Of a stretch of 64,000 bases of DNA, positions 24,184-53,602 are shown one piece after another. Within the stretch, counting starts at the first letter, position 1; every line of letters begins with the position of its first letter. Source of the stretch: Amoebidium appalachense. Taxonomy: Eukaryota; Protista; Ichthyosporea. Location: NCBI GenBank assembly GCA_963693365.1, contig CAVNZM010000013.1, positions 8,928,940-8,992,939 of the forward strand. The letters run 5' to 3'. The notes under the pieces are model-generated. The model was not told the DNA's origin, searched no databases, and saw only the letters and a program-made list of their open reading frames with translations. The translations under genes were made by a program, and so were the position numbers.

Positions 24184-24658
24184 AGGCTCTTGGGACGTAG
24201 ACAACGTCTGCACCGCCGTCCGGCGTCGCCGTGCAAACGACAACCCCCCTGCAACCCCCGCCACCACAAACACCAACAACATCGTGCCGGGCCAGGGCCA
24301 GCCCCCCGCATTCAGCAATGCCGGGGGCAAGCCGAACAGTGGCACAGAGAATGGTGGGGTGGCGGCTGCCCTTGGGCTGGGCCAGAAGGACAAGAGCAAG
24401 GATGCAGACGAGGCCACGGCCCAGGCCTTTGCAAAGGCCAAGACAGACCAGTTCTACGCCTTTGCCATGGTCACAAAGGACCTGCCCCCAGGCCTCACCA
24501 TGGCGCCCCAGAATGCTAACCCCAAGTCGGCCATTGGGGCTAAGCTGGCCATTGCCGCGGCCGCAGAGTGTGCCTTCTGGGGCAAGTACAAGCCACTTAG
24601 CCCCGAGTGGGCCAAGATGCTGGGCCTCACAGGCTCCACCCTGCCCTGTCAGAGCTAG
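20741..24658 (+). CDS. Secreted tyrosinase (type-3 copper protein) with N-terminal Cys-rich repeats, a calcium-binding EGF domain and a C-terminal extension; 5 exons
   Basis: Exons 20741-20834, 21511-22287, 22859-23154, 23383-23569, 24186-24658. Signal-peptide-like N-terminus MGTVARLAAVALCFVSAVAA. cbEGF motif DRNEC..CVNTAGSFQCRC. Tyrosinase motifs IRKEWRSL and VPYWDW. CuA YHEHW..GHLSNGFLPWHR. CuB WHGLIHDYVG..SPNDPIFWLHHSNVDRQW. Confidence 0.93.
23871..23977 (+). mobile_element. Diverged 3'-end fragment of the Penelope-like element
   Basis: ATGGGTTCTGCTTATGGTGCATA...ACTTCGTGCT...CACATTCTGA followed by a C-rich tract; aligns loosely with 34552-34652. Confidence 0.55.
24016..24121 (+). mobile_element. 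3'-end fragment (106 bp) of the Penelope-like element, between two C-runs in tyrosinase intron 4
   Basis: Nearly identical to 34548-34652, with one substitution seen. Ends CGCATTCAAAA then poly-C. Confidence 0.9.
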
Positions 24659-26034
24659 CAATCTTATAATAGTGCGATTGGTCAGTTTTAGCAAATTATG
24701 TGGTGTGCTGTTGTGTGATTGGTCACAGGCCCCAGTGTATATGGTTGCTGTGCACGTGTACATAGATGGACTGTTTCCCCGTGTGAGCGGTTGCACGTAA
24801 CTGCTTGTGGTGCTTGATATTTGTTTAAGTGAGAGTTGGGGCTTTTCATATTAGACAATGCGCTCTTTGGGACAACATAGTTCACTGTTAGATACACTTA
24901 GAATCCTACCAACTTTCCTGTTACATGTAGTGGTATTACTAGTTTAAAATTGACCAGCCAAAGGATTGTATCCCAGTGGCCCCAAGCTAATCGTAGAGAT
25001 CGATCTCCCCCCTCCCCCCCCCCCCCCCCAAAAAAAAAAAAAATGCATGCTGGTGCATTTATTGTTCACCACTGGTGCGCATGCACACCTCATCACGTGT
25101 GCACAGCCCCATAACATGGTCAATGATACATCTGCGAGCAAAAAGTAGCGGATCACGGCATGTGCTCACACATACAAGCAACTCTTGACACAAACCTTAT
25201 ATGAAGAGTGGTAGTAATGACCTTAGGTTCAACACACTGCTGTACACAACTTGTACACCGGGCGAGTCGTATGTACACACACGAATTGTTACAAGCCAGA
25301 TATTCATTCACGTCTGAGTTTCTAATTTGGGTTTTTGTTCGTTTTGGGAGAGCCGGGCAAGTAGGAGATGGAGTACTCACACCACTGTCAACTGTGGAAA
25401 TATACGTTACGTAAGGGAGGGATGGTGGCCGGAGGACTCCGAAAGCTTGGACATGTCCCATAAATTATTCAGACACACACACATCCACACGTGCACACAC
25501 ACACACACACGCATCCACACGTGCACACACACACACACACGCATCCACACGTGCACACGTGCACACGCACACTTGCGCGCACACACAATACATGTGCATA
25601 CACACACACACACACTCTCTCTCTACCCTCCCCTTCTACCCCCCCCCCCACTCTCCCCCCTAGCCACCCCACCCCCAGGCCCTCTCTCCCCATCCCCCCC
25701 CCCCCCCCCTTCTCTCCCCCCCCCCCGCCCCCCCCCCCCCCCCCCCTCCCTCCCTCCCCCCCCTCCCCCCCAGCCTCTCTCTCTATGTGTAAATCCATCT
25801 ATCTATCCATCCGATGGCATCTATCTATCTGTCTATTTATTCAATGGCAATTATCTGTCTAGGGCCTCTCTCTTCCCCCCCCCCCCCCCCCCCCCCCCCC
25901 CTTCCCTCCCCCCCTCCCCCCCCCCCCCCCCCCCCCCTTCCCCCCTCCCCCTCCCCTCCCCCCCCCCCCCCCCCCCCCCCCCCAGATATCTATCAAGTAG
26001 ATCACACGCACACACACAAGGGCCCAACCACATC

Positions 26035-26340
26035 GGCAGATTCAACTTGCTCTGAGCAGAGCTATTCTGCAAACAGCTATTCCACCTAAAGTATAATTAT
26101 TCTGCAAAGACAATCAATCTGCTTCGGCCTAGCAGAATTATTCAGAATCATTCTGATACAAGAGAATTATTCCGCACAAGGCAGATTCTGAATCATTTCA
26201 CACACACCGCAGCAGGATAAACTTGCTGTAGCAGAATAATTCTGCTTTTAAGTTGCTGTATAATTCTGCTTTTAAGTTGCTGAATAAGTCTGCTTTAAAG
26301 CTGCAGAATAATTCTGCTTCTATTCAGAATGATTCTGTTG
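26035..26340. repeat. Cluster of short palindromic motifs, consensus GCAGAATWATTCTGC
   Basis: About ten full or half copies, for example AGCAGAATAATTCTGCT at 26231-26247, plus an internal TTCTGCTTTTAAGTTGCTG repeated two to three times. Confidence 0.75.
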
Positions 26341-26717
26341 GCGATTCGATGCAAGTTTACTCTGCCGATCTGGTTGGCCATGGGTCCTCACACTAGTCCC
26401 CTCCCCCCACCCCTCCCCCCTCCCCCCTCTCTGCCTCTGTCCCTCTTTCTCTCTCTTGGTAGCTGTCTCACTCAGTCCCTTGCGGTTCTCAACCACTCCC
26501 CCCCCCCCCCCCCACGGAAAGTTTGGCCCCCTAGCCGCGGGTCCCCCCTCGAGCTCGAGGTCCCTCCCTACCTTCTGGTTTGTGGGCCCCTGCTCTCCAT
26601 TCATTGCTATTTACTCACCCCTGACGTGAAACGATGCATTTTTTCTTCCTGGATTTTCTGGGCGTTCTTTCTTTCTCAGGCTTTCTTTCCTTCAAGAAGA
26701 GTTGGGAGGGGGCGAGA

Positions 26718-26752
<35 letters not shown>

Positions 26753-26765
26753 GCAATAAGCAGAG

Positions 26766-26825
<60 letters not shown>

Positions 26826-26844
26826 TGGGAGAGGGAGGGTGTGT

Positions 26845-26882
<38 letters not shown>

Positions 26883-27319
26883 TTGTGGGGGGAGGGGGGG
26901 GGGGGGGGAGAGAGGGGGGGGGGGGGAGGGGCGGGAAGACAGGGCACACATGGAAACTTTAAGGAGAGCAGAGGGGGAAATCAAATCCGAGGCATTCTAA
27001 TGCTGAGCTCAGTGGTGGTGCGTGTATGGGCCATCTGAGTGTTAGAGAAATCAAACCAGCAGTCGACGTTCGGCACCGGGCAATGATGCAGGTGGCTGTT
27101 ATGACAAATGCAACGTACCCCTCCCCTCCCCTCCCGGGACCCCCCCCTCCCCCCTCCTCCTCCCCCCCGGCCCCCCCTCTCTTCCGGGCCCTCCCGGGAT
27201 CCTTCCGCCCCCGACCCAACTTTGCGACCGCCACCGGTTCCCAGCTCCTTCGGCAGCCGGCGACATTAACTCGGATTGGGTTGGTTTGGAGTGCACACAC
27301 ATGCCCGCACGCACATGTG

Positions 27320-27404
<85 letters not shown>

Positions 27405-27433
27405 ACGCACACACACACACACACACACACGTG

Positions 27434-27464
<31 letters not shown>

Positions 27465-28198
27465 CACAAGCACACATAAACCAAACCACCCACACTCACA
27501 CTCTGCTCACAAACACACACACACACGCACACGCACGCGCACACGCACACGCACACGCACGAGCACGCGCACGCGCACGCGCACACGCACGAACACACAC
27601 ACGCACACACACACACACATACATACACACACACACACACACACACGCCAGATGATATCGAGTGTCCTGGGGGAACCGGGAAGAAAACTTGAAATTTAAA
27701 CGAGGAACCCCACTGAAAACCTTGAAATATTAATTTGTACCTATGCACATTCATGGCCCAAGTTCACAGTCAAACGTTTGCTGGTACAAAGAACACCCCG
27801 GCCAACCGGCGCAAAACCTCCCTATGATGTACCTAAAACCGTTCCCTGTGCCTCGAGTAAACACACTCTGCAGCAGACCATGCCATATGATAATAACACA
27901 CCTAATAGTAGTATTGAAACACTTAGATACATATAGACAGTTCGTGTGGGGGATTATTGTTGTGTGTTCGTGTTTCGTGCGATCATTGATTTGTGGCGTC
28001 AAAGGTTAGTGATCCAATTACACTTTTAGACTCAACATAGGTATTTATTATGGAAGAGGTCGCTTTGTACACATGCGTGTGCGTGTGTGCTTGTATGCAC
28101 GTGCTGACATAGTGTGCGTTTGCACGTGGCACAGGGTTTCAGTCTGGGGGTTTACACACTTTTGGACATCTGCCACAAGCAACTGGATCCATAAACAG

Positions 28199-28266
28199 CC
28201 AATCAAAAAGCTGTTCCGTTTGTCCCACAATCAAACCCCAACCATTCCCCTTGGCGCTTATATAAA
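28199..28266 (+). promoter_or_regulatory. Candidate CCAAT and TATA boxes upstream of YEATS2
   Basis: CCAAT at 28199-28203 and TATATAAA at 28259-28266, about 380 bp before the ATG at 28641. Confidence 0.35.
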
Positions 28267-28640
28267 GCACAGGCTGGCGGTAACATCGAGGCAGCTCAGC
28301 CATATGGTTACATCGAACTTCAAATGCTAATTGGTATTTACGGTTTACTAAGTATTTTCCTGTGAACTTGCACTCACACTTGCCCTCTAGTTGGGGCGAG
28401 GGGCGAACAGATTATCGGATCCGAAAAATCCGAAAATTCTAAAACCTTGTGGGTGTCAGCGAGCGGGATGATCCTGTGTGACCACTAACCAATGGCGCCA
28501 CCTGCCTTTTTGGCGCGAAAACACCTTCAGGAAAATATCGCAAAAGGCAAGCCTTCCTAACCTACGTATACGCTCACTCATAGAGTTTTTTTGGGTCGAC
28601 GTCTGGAGCTGAAGACACACCACAAAAGGTGTTACTGCAC

Positions 28641-45809
<17,169 letters not shown>

Positions 45810-45947
45810 TTGGCTGTTGCTAGGCAACATCCAGGGTGCAGTGTGCACGTGCTGTGCTGTGCCGTGGTGTAGCACGTGGCTGCATGCCGTGTCTCTGTCT
45901 AGTTGGATGCCATACTACGAGTCCACAGGAAGATAGACGAACACACC

Positions 45948-46335
45948 TGTATAGGGATGTATGCAAGCACGTGTGTGCACAGGTGTACCGGGATAGGCAA
46001 AACACGTGTGTGCACACGTGTTTACGGATGTATGCAAACACGTGTGTGTGAACACGTGTATACGGATGTATGCAAACACGTGTGTGTGCACACGTGTATT
46101 GTATAGGGATGTGTGCAAACACGTGTGTGTGCACACGTGGATAGGGATGTATGCAAACACGTGTGCATGCACACGCGTATAGGGATGTATGCAAACACGT
46201 GTGTGTGCACACGTGTATAGGGATGTATTCAAACACGTGTGTGTGCACACGTGTACCGGGATAGGCAAAACGACGTGTGTGCACACATGTACAGGGATAG
46301 GCAAAACACGTGTGTGCACACAGGGGCATAGGCAA
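45948..46335. repeat. Minisatellite of about 38 bp (GTATAGGGATGTATGCAAACACGTGTGTGTGCACACGT), about 10 copies, between convergent YEATS2 and SNRPE
   Basis: Visible periodic AAACACGTGTGTG cores. Confidence 0.88.
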
Positions 46336-46725
46336 ACTTGCCATTAGACGTGGATAGCCCGTGTACTGTTTCAGCAATGTGTGTGTGTTCACTTTGAGCG
46401 GCAGCAGACACACACGGGGCCTCTGGGTGGGCTGGACCCACCACTGGCATGGGCCCACATTGAACACGTGCATGCACCCACAGAGTGCACGTGGCCAATC
46501 ACACACACATTAGTATTCGTAGCATCCTATGCTGCTGCACACGAGAGGGTAACGACGGACCCATGACTCTGAATACGAGTGGAGTGGTACGGGCACACTG
46601 TCACATGTGAGCATTCATTATTGGTTTGTCGTCAGGCCACATTTGGAGCTCCTGGGCTAGGCTGGCAGTGGCGTGGTTTGTGTTTGTGTACGTGCATATG
46701 TGTGGTGGTGGGAGAGGCCGGAAGG

Positions 46726-46765
<40 letters not shown>

Positions 46766-47228
46766 TGGTGGTGGGGGGAGGGTCACCACGAACACTGCCA
46801 GAGCAGGCAACATATGGACTTATGTCCTCGGGAGGTTGAGACTTGGATGTAGTGTCAGTGAACAAAACAGGCCAACAAGAAGAGTTCATTGCATTCATTT
46901 CAATCAAGACAGCACCCAGTGCTGCTGAAGTATCATTGATCACGTGGTGTGCACGTGTTTGTGTGGTCATAACTGTGTGGACGTGTGCATGTGTACGTGT
47001 ACGTGGTTGGGTGAGTGTGTATATGTAGGTGTGTGTGTCCTTGTGTGTTTGCTTGCCAGCTAGACCCAGTGAGCATCTGGTAAGCGCTTTCACCTATACA
47101 CCATAACCTCGGTCAGATCACAAAGACAAATCTACGGCTTATAAGAGAGGTAAGGAATCGCTTTCAGTTTTGCCGTGCTTTGGTCGGTGTACTTCAGTCA
47201 CAACCAGGTAATCCACCACCACCAAATA

Positions 47229-47288
47229 AGGCAATCGGCTCAATCCTGGTTGATGGTCTGGATTCAGTGATACAGTCCCCCCTGAGCA
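47229..47288 (-). pseudogene. Diverged tandem duplicate of the last 16 or so codons and the 3' UTR start of SNRPE
   Basis: 47229-47288 aligns to 47309-47369 (80-bp offset). It reads LLRGDCIT-(1-nt deletion)-IQTINQD* versus [16 protein letters not shown]. Confidence 0.85.
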
Positions 47289-47319
47289 CACCACACCACC
47301 TCCATATCAGGCAATCGGC

Positions 47320-47654
47320 TCAATCCTGGTTTACGGCCTGGATCAGGGTAATGCAGTCCCCCTTGAGCAATATCCGGCCCACCCGCTTGCGGTTGCCCGT
47401 CTTGGGGTTGACCTGTGAGGGCATGCTGTCAGCAGTCGCACAGCCAAAGAAAAGGAGAGGGGGAGGGGGCTCTGGGAGACAAAATACACAGCACGCATTC
47501 ATGCAGGTCGGCCCAGAGTGACTGTGCAGGCAGCCACAAACAAACAGACTGCTGCCTAGCAACAATGGACACAGGCCAGTCCAAGAGGACCACCAGAGCA
47601 AGCCAGAACGAGACATCAGAGGGTACAAAAGCACCTGTGTGTTTTCGCAGGACG

Positions 47655-47696
<42 letters not shown>

Positions 47697-49005
47697 CTTC
47701 GTAGTTAACCAAAAAAGCATGCGAAAGCAGTGCAACTGAACCACGTGTACATGTTGACCACATACAACACCCGCACGTACACACACACAGGGATGATCCT
47801 GGTGAGAGAGTAGATAGAAGGCACAGTCCCGTCCCGTCCACACTGAGGGCATAACAGGGGACAGTGGCACAGCGCTGCTCATGGAGGGGAAAAGAGACAC
47901 TTGGGAGTGCATGCTCACGGCATGTGGAGGATAGTTTAGGAACCAACCAGGGAGCAAGGCAAACAGCGTACACCAATCAGCAAGTAAGGGTGGGCCTTGC
48001 AGATGGATGGCGCTGCAGTGGCTGCAGTGTGCATGCAAATTGCTTCGTTCCGAACGATGTCTACACACCAACAGACAAACGTAGAGGAAGGGGGTTGTGT
48101 GTCCACTTGTGTGTCCCGCTCAGGAGGAGGAGAGATGGGGGGAAGACGAGGGAGGGGGGGGGGGGGAAGGGAGAGGGGGACGGGGGAAGGGGGGGGTCGG
48201 ATGCGCACAGGTCATGCACGACAATGGATAGGGAGGGGGAGACAGAACAAACGGGGTGTGTGGTACTCGGCAACCGTGTGTGCGACGGGGTAGAAGGGCA
48301 CGGGGGAGGAGGGGGAGGGGGAAGGATGCAGACACGGGCCACTTGGCGCACACCCATAGAGATAAAGCATACAGGGACAGGTAGGTAGGCCAAAACTTGC
48401 TTATTAAAGGCGCGGGGGGGGGGGGGTATACGACAGATGGGGATAAGAAGGAAAACGGAGGGGGCAGAGAGCATAACGTAACCGAAAGGAGGTTGCCATG
48501 AAAAAAATGTACATGGGTCAACCGCACAAGAGAGGCAGATGTTGCCTATGTTTACCTCGTGTGTGGATGTGCTCGTTATATACGTATATGCTTTGTGGGT
48601 TAGTAATGCATGTTGCTGGCTCTCAATATCTGGACGTGAAGTGCATATTCTACAGTAACGTGTACGTATGTGTGCGTACGACCGTGTGGTATTTCGTGCT
48701 AGTTGCAAGCCTGCGTATGTGTTTATGTGTGCGTGTGTTTGTGTGTGTGCATGTGTGAGTTGATTGTGGGTGTGAGTGTGAGTGTGTGAGTGAGAGAGTG
48801 TGTGGTGCCTTCTGTACGGGCACGTGCTGGGCCTGCATGCCTGTTCTGGTGTCTATAGCCGTGCTCATGCTGGTGCTTGCGTGTTGCCTGACGAGTACTT
48901 GTGTACACATCATATCATTCAGAGTGCTCCTTCCACATGCGCGTACACATGTCTGAGAAGGTGCTTTAACGTGAGAGTGCGCGCGCGTTTCTAGTGTAAT
49001 TGTAT

Positions 49006-49098
<93 letters not shown>

Positions 49099-49282
49099 CG
49101 CCCACCTCCTCTGCGTCGTCCAGCACCAGATTCATATACTCGTCGAAGCCGATAATCTGGCCTTCCATTCTCATGTTTGTCTGCTCAAACAGCCATACCT
49201 GGATGCGTGCCTTGGACTGCAGAAACCTAAAGATAAGGTTGATGGGCTGCACCATCACCCGCTGTACCTTTGCTCTCTGCAT
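47320..49282 (-). CDS. SNRPE: Small nuclear ribonucleoprotein E (SmE), 89 aa, 2 exons
   Basis: Exons 49282-49106 and 47412-47320 encode [49 protein letters not shown]|[25 protein letters not shown]. Confidence 0.97.
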
Positions 49283-50218
49283 CTTACCGAGAATATATAT
49301 AAAGAAGTCTAGATAAGTGTGGCGGGAATATATAAGCCCTGTCTTTCAGAGCTACTAACACAGAAAAAAGCGTGTAGAGCTCGCTTTTCCCTTGAAAAAG
49401 CCTGATGAGCGTGTACCGTTGAGCCAATGTATGCCTGTATGCACCCTGGTATTGAAAGGTGAGCCGGTATACGTAGCTTCTAAGCCAACACAGACTATGT
49501 CTCTCTCTCTCCCCCTCTCTTACTATAGCCCGTTTCTTCTTTTTTTTTTTTGTTTGTTTCGAAGCTTGTCGGAAGTTTTGGCGGCAACACACATGGACAC
49601 ACAGATGGGCGGGGCGGGTCGAGTCGGGTCGGGTGAACGCTGCGCGGGTCAGCCCGCAAGTTTGACGTGATTCGACCTCTGAAATGTGTTTTATCCATTG
49701 GATACAAATCATGAGTATCATGATACAGATCTCCTGTTGATCCTCGCAAGTTCATTATCCTGGCTTCTGCCAGATCAAAGTCTGGCCTACAGCACCAACC
49801 CAAATACATATCATGGCTCTCATTTATTCTAGAAGTGTAAAGCCAAGTTTTTCTCGTATTTGTACATTCTAATATTAACAGGTCTGCTGTAGGCAGGAAG
49901 GCAACAGAGCAATAATAATATTACGAATCGTTGTTGTAAACCAATCAAATTCCTTTTGTCTGGTATGCATCCCACGCATTTCACCGTTTTTTGTATTCAA
50001 TAGGAAGTGTTGGTGTTTTACAAAAGCCAATCGGAACACTGTTGTGGTGCTTTCTCTATTCCTATTGGCTACTCAACAGCATGTTTCAGTTTTACTTTTT
50101 CCTGCACGCGCGCGCACGACAAGTTGACAACTTGTCAAGGCTTTTTCTTGTGTGTGCAAGTTTTTCGGCCCCAGTCCCTCTTGTTCTCTCCCCTGCACCT
50201 CTGTTCCCACCCACCACG
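49283..50218. promoter_or_regulatory. Divergent (bidirectional) promoter region between SNRPE and pyruvate kinase
   Basis: The 936 bp between head-to-head ATGs is largely free of microsatellite and has several CCAAT/ATTGG boxes (about 49424, 49696, 49941, 50027, 50064). Confidence 0.55.
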
Positions 50219-53200
50219 ATGGAGGCACCTAAGAGCACGTCCTATTTCAGCCAGCAGGCGCCCAAGGAGCGCGGGCAGCGACAGGCTGCGTCCGAGCCTA
50301 CGCGCATAGGGCACATGACCAAGCTTAACATCTACAGCGACCCCGACGATGTACGGCGCACGTCCATCGTGTGCACCATCGGGCCCAAGACAGGCACCGT
50401 GGAGATGCTGACGGCCCTCAGGCGTGCCGGCATGAACATCATGCGCCTCAATTTCTCGCACGGCTCGCACGAGTTCCACGGTGGGCTGATAGCAAACCTG
50501 CGCCAAAGTGCGAAGGTGCGTGCTGCTTGCCTCTGCTTTGGGTCCCTGAGGGTTGGTCCGGTTGGAGCAACTTCTGGCATCCTCCTATATGCATATGTAC
50601 AGCAGACACATGCGTACCATCACCGTGGGTCTGCCCGGGCACATACGCAGCCACACAAGTTGGGAGAGCAACAGGCCAGCACGCATAGTTCGTGCCTTGA
50701 GAGGCTTCCTACATGACCTTGCTTTCGGTAGCGTTGCAGCCAGAGAAGAGAAAAGGAGGTGAAGTGAAGAGGGTTAAGGGGAGTGGGAGTGGTTTTGGTG
50801 ATACGGGGTGGGGAAGGGGGAAAGCTATGTGCCAGGGTCTTTGCCCAGGCTTTCTTGCCCAAAATGTGCTGAGTTCTAGTCGCAGATCGTTTTCGAAGCC
50901 AACAGCTCGAAGAGAAAGCCTTTGTACAGGGGGGGGGGGGGGGGGGGGGTTGTTCTATCGACGGTCCAGGTCCACGTTGCGGGGGCAGTTCACGTTTCTT
51001 ATCTACCGTCTTCCCCTTTCCCTCCTTCCCTCCAATCCCCGTCCCCCCCCCCCCCCCCCCCCCCCAACCCCCTTCCCCCACCCCCACCCCACCCCACCCT
51101 CTTGGTTGTGGCTTGCAGGAGGTACCTGGTGCACCCGTGGCCATAGCGCTGGACACGAAGGGGCCCGAGATACGCACAGGGCTGCTAGCTGGGGGGGACG
51201 TCAAGTACGAGGCAGGGGACTTAGTGACCCTGCATCTGGAGGACGAGTGGTATGAGAAGGGAACGAAGACCGACCTGTATGTAAACTACAAGAACCTCAG
51301 CAAGGTCATAGTGGTGGGTGGACCCCTGTAGCTTGTTCATGGGGGAGAGGGGTTGTTAGTGGCAGTAACGCCGTGTCTCTTTCAGATTTTTTTCTGTGGG
51401 TGGATGTAGGGACCCCTGTTGTACGGGGGTTTGATAGTGGTCTTGTGGCCGCCTGGCCACCTCCATTCCACACACACTCTCCCCCCTCCTTTCCCCTGAG
51501 GGCCTCCTTCCCTTTCCCCGCAACACGGGGACTGTGTCGTGTGTGCACTTTCTCCACTTTTTGCCAGCAGGGGGTTGAGATGGGTGGGGGAGATGCGGGC
51601 GGGGTGTTTGAGTGGAGGGGGGGAGGGGAGGGGTTGGGTGGGTGGGTGGGTAGAGAGGGGGGGAGGGGGGAGGGGGGTAGTGAACTACGTTGAGGTTGGT
51701 AGCTGTATTCTGTTCGGTGTGTGCACGGTAGGGGGGTGGGAAGGGGGGCTTCCTAAATCACATGGGGTGTGCACTGAGCATTGGGTGTGCCCCTGCAGGT
51801 GGGGGGCACAATCTTCATTGACGATGGACTGCTGTCTCTCGCGGTTCTCGACATAAAGCCCACACAGGTGAGAGGTAGGGGGAGATATACTGGGGAATAG
51901 ATAGAGGGGGGGGTATACTGGGGGATAGAGGGGAGATATACTGTGGGGTAGAGGGGGATGTGCTGGGGGATAGAGGGGAGATATACTTTGGGATAGAGGG
52001 GAATAGAGGGGGGATGTGCTGGGGGATAGAGGGGAGATATACTGCGGGACAGATGGGGGATATCTGCAGGATAGACGGGAGATATGCTGCTGGATAGTGG
52101 GGATATGCTGCCGGATAGGGGGGAGATATTATGGGATAGGGGGAGATGTAATGTGGGATATATGAGAGATTTGCTGTGAGATAGAGGGGAGGAATACTGC
52201 GGTATAGAGGGCAGATGTACTGGGGGATAGAGGGAATATACGTTGTTGGATGGGTAGGAGATAGCTGGCTAGAACATGATGATATTCAAAGAGGGTGCCA
52301 TGGGGTGCCTTTGGTGCCGTGGTGGTGGTGGTGGTGGGGGGGGGGGGGGGAGGGGGGGGGGAGGGGGGGGGGGCTTAGACGCTGCGCCTTGATTCCCCCA
52401 GGTGGCATCCCTGCCCATCACCCCACTCACTCCCTTTCCAAACGTTTTTCTCCCTCGATCTTCTTGTCTTTCGTCCCCCCCCCCCCCCCCCCTTCCCCGG
52501 AAAAACACACAATCACAAGCACACCTGTGCATGAATTCGTTTTGTCCCTTGACATGCTGCATGTGAACTTCCCCCCTCCCCTCCCCTCCCCTCCCCTCCC
52601 CCCCCCCCCCCCCCCCCCTCCCCATGTACAGCTTCCTAACCGTTCTTCCCCCTCTTTCTCCCTCTTGCGTGCACACACACACACACACATACAGGTGCAC
52701 TGCCGGCTCAACAACAGTGGTATTCTTGGGTCCCGCAAGGGCTGCAACCTTCCCAACGTCAATGTCGACCTGCCGGCCGTATCTGAAAAAGACATCTCGG
52801 ATCTGCGCTGGGGGGTTGAACAGGGCATTGATATGATCTTTGCATCGTTCATCCGCAAGGCCAGTGATGTGAGGGATATTAGGAAGGTGCTGGGGGTAGA
52901 CGGGGCCAACATTAAGATCATTGCCAAGATCGAAAACCACGAGGGTATAAGAAATTTCCCTGAAATTCTCAAGGTGCACATTCAACCCTAGCCCCCCCCC
53001 TCCCCTCCCCCCTTCCCTTCTCGATTTCTCACTGTTCAGCAGTGCCCTAGGGGGACAAACACACCCACCAACACACCTGCATCTAAGCCCACACCCATCT
53101 ACCCACTCACCGAGAGAGCCAGGGATAGAGACCATGGTGTCCACGGCAAATCCCTCTCTTTTCTTTGCATGCCGTCGGCTTGTTACATGTGGTGTATGTT

Positions 53201-53347
53201 TGCTGGTGTATATGGTAGATATGTTGATGGTGGTGGTGGTGTGAGTGTGGGTAAGGTGTGACCATGCAGTGACGGTGATGGTGTGTGGTGGTGTGTGACG
53301 GTGAGGACGGTGCTGGTGGTGTGTGTAGAAGGGGAAGGTGGGGGGAT

Positions 53348-53381
<34 letters not shown>

Positions 53382-53552
53382 GCAGCCAGAGAGTCTAATG
53401 ATACTGCCCACAACAATCGGCTGCTCAAACTCACACTCCTCCGTACACACACACAAACACACACACACACACACACACATACAGGTGCACAACCCCACAT
53501 GCCCATTCACCCCCCCCCCTCACCACCGCCACCAACACCCCCTCCTCTGCTT

Positions 53553-53602
<50 letters not shown>

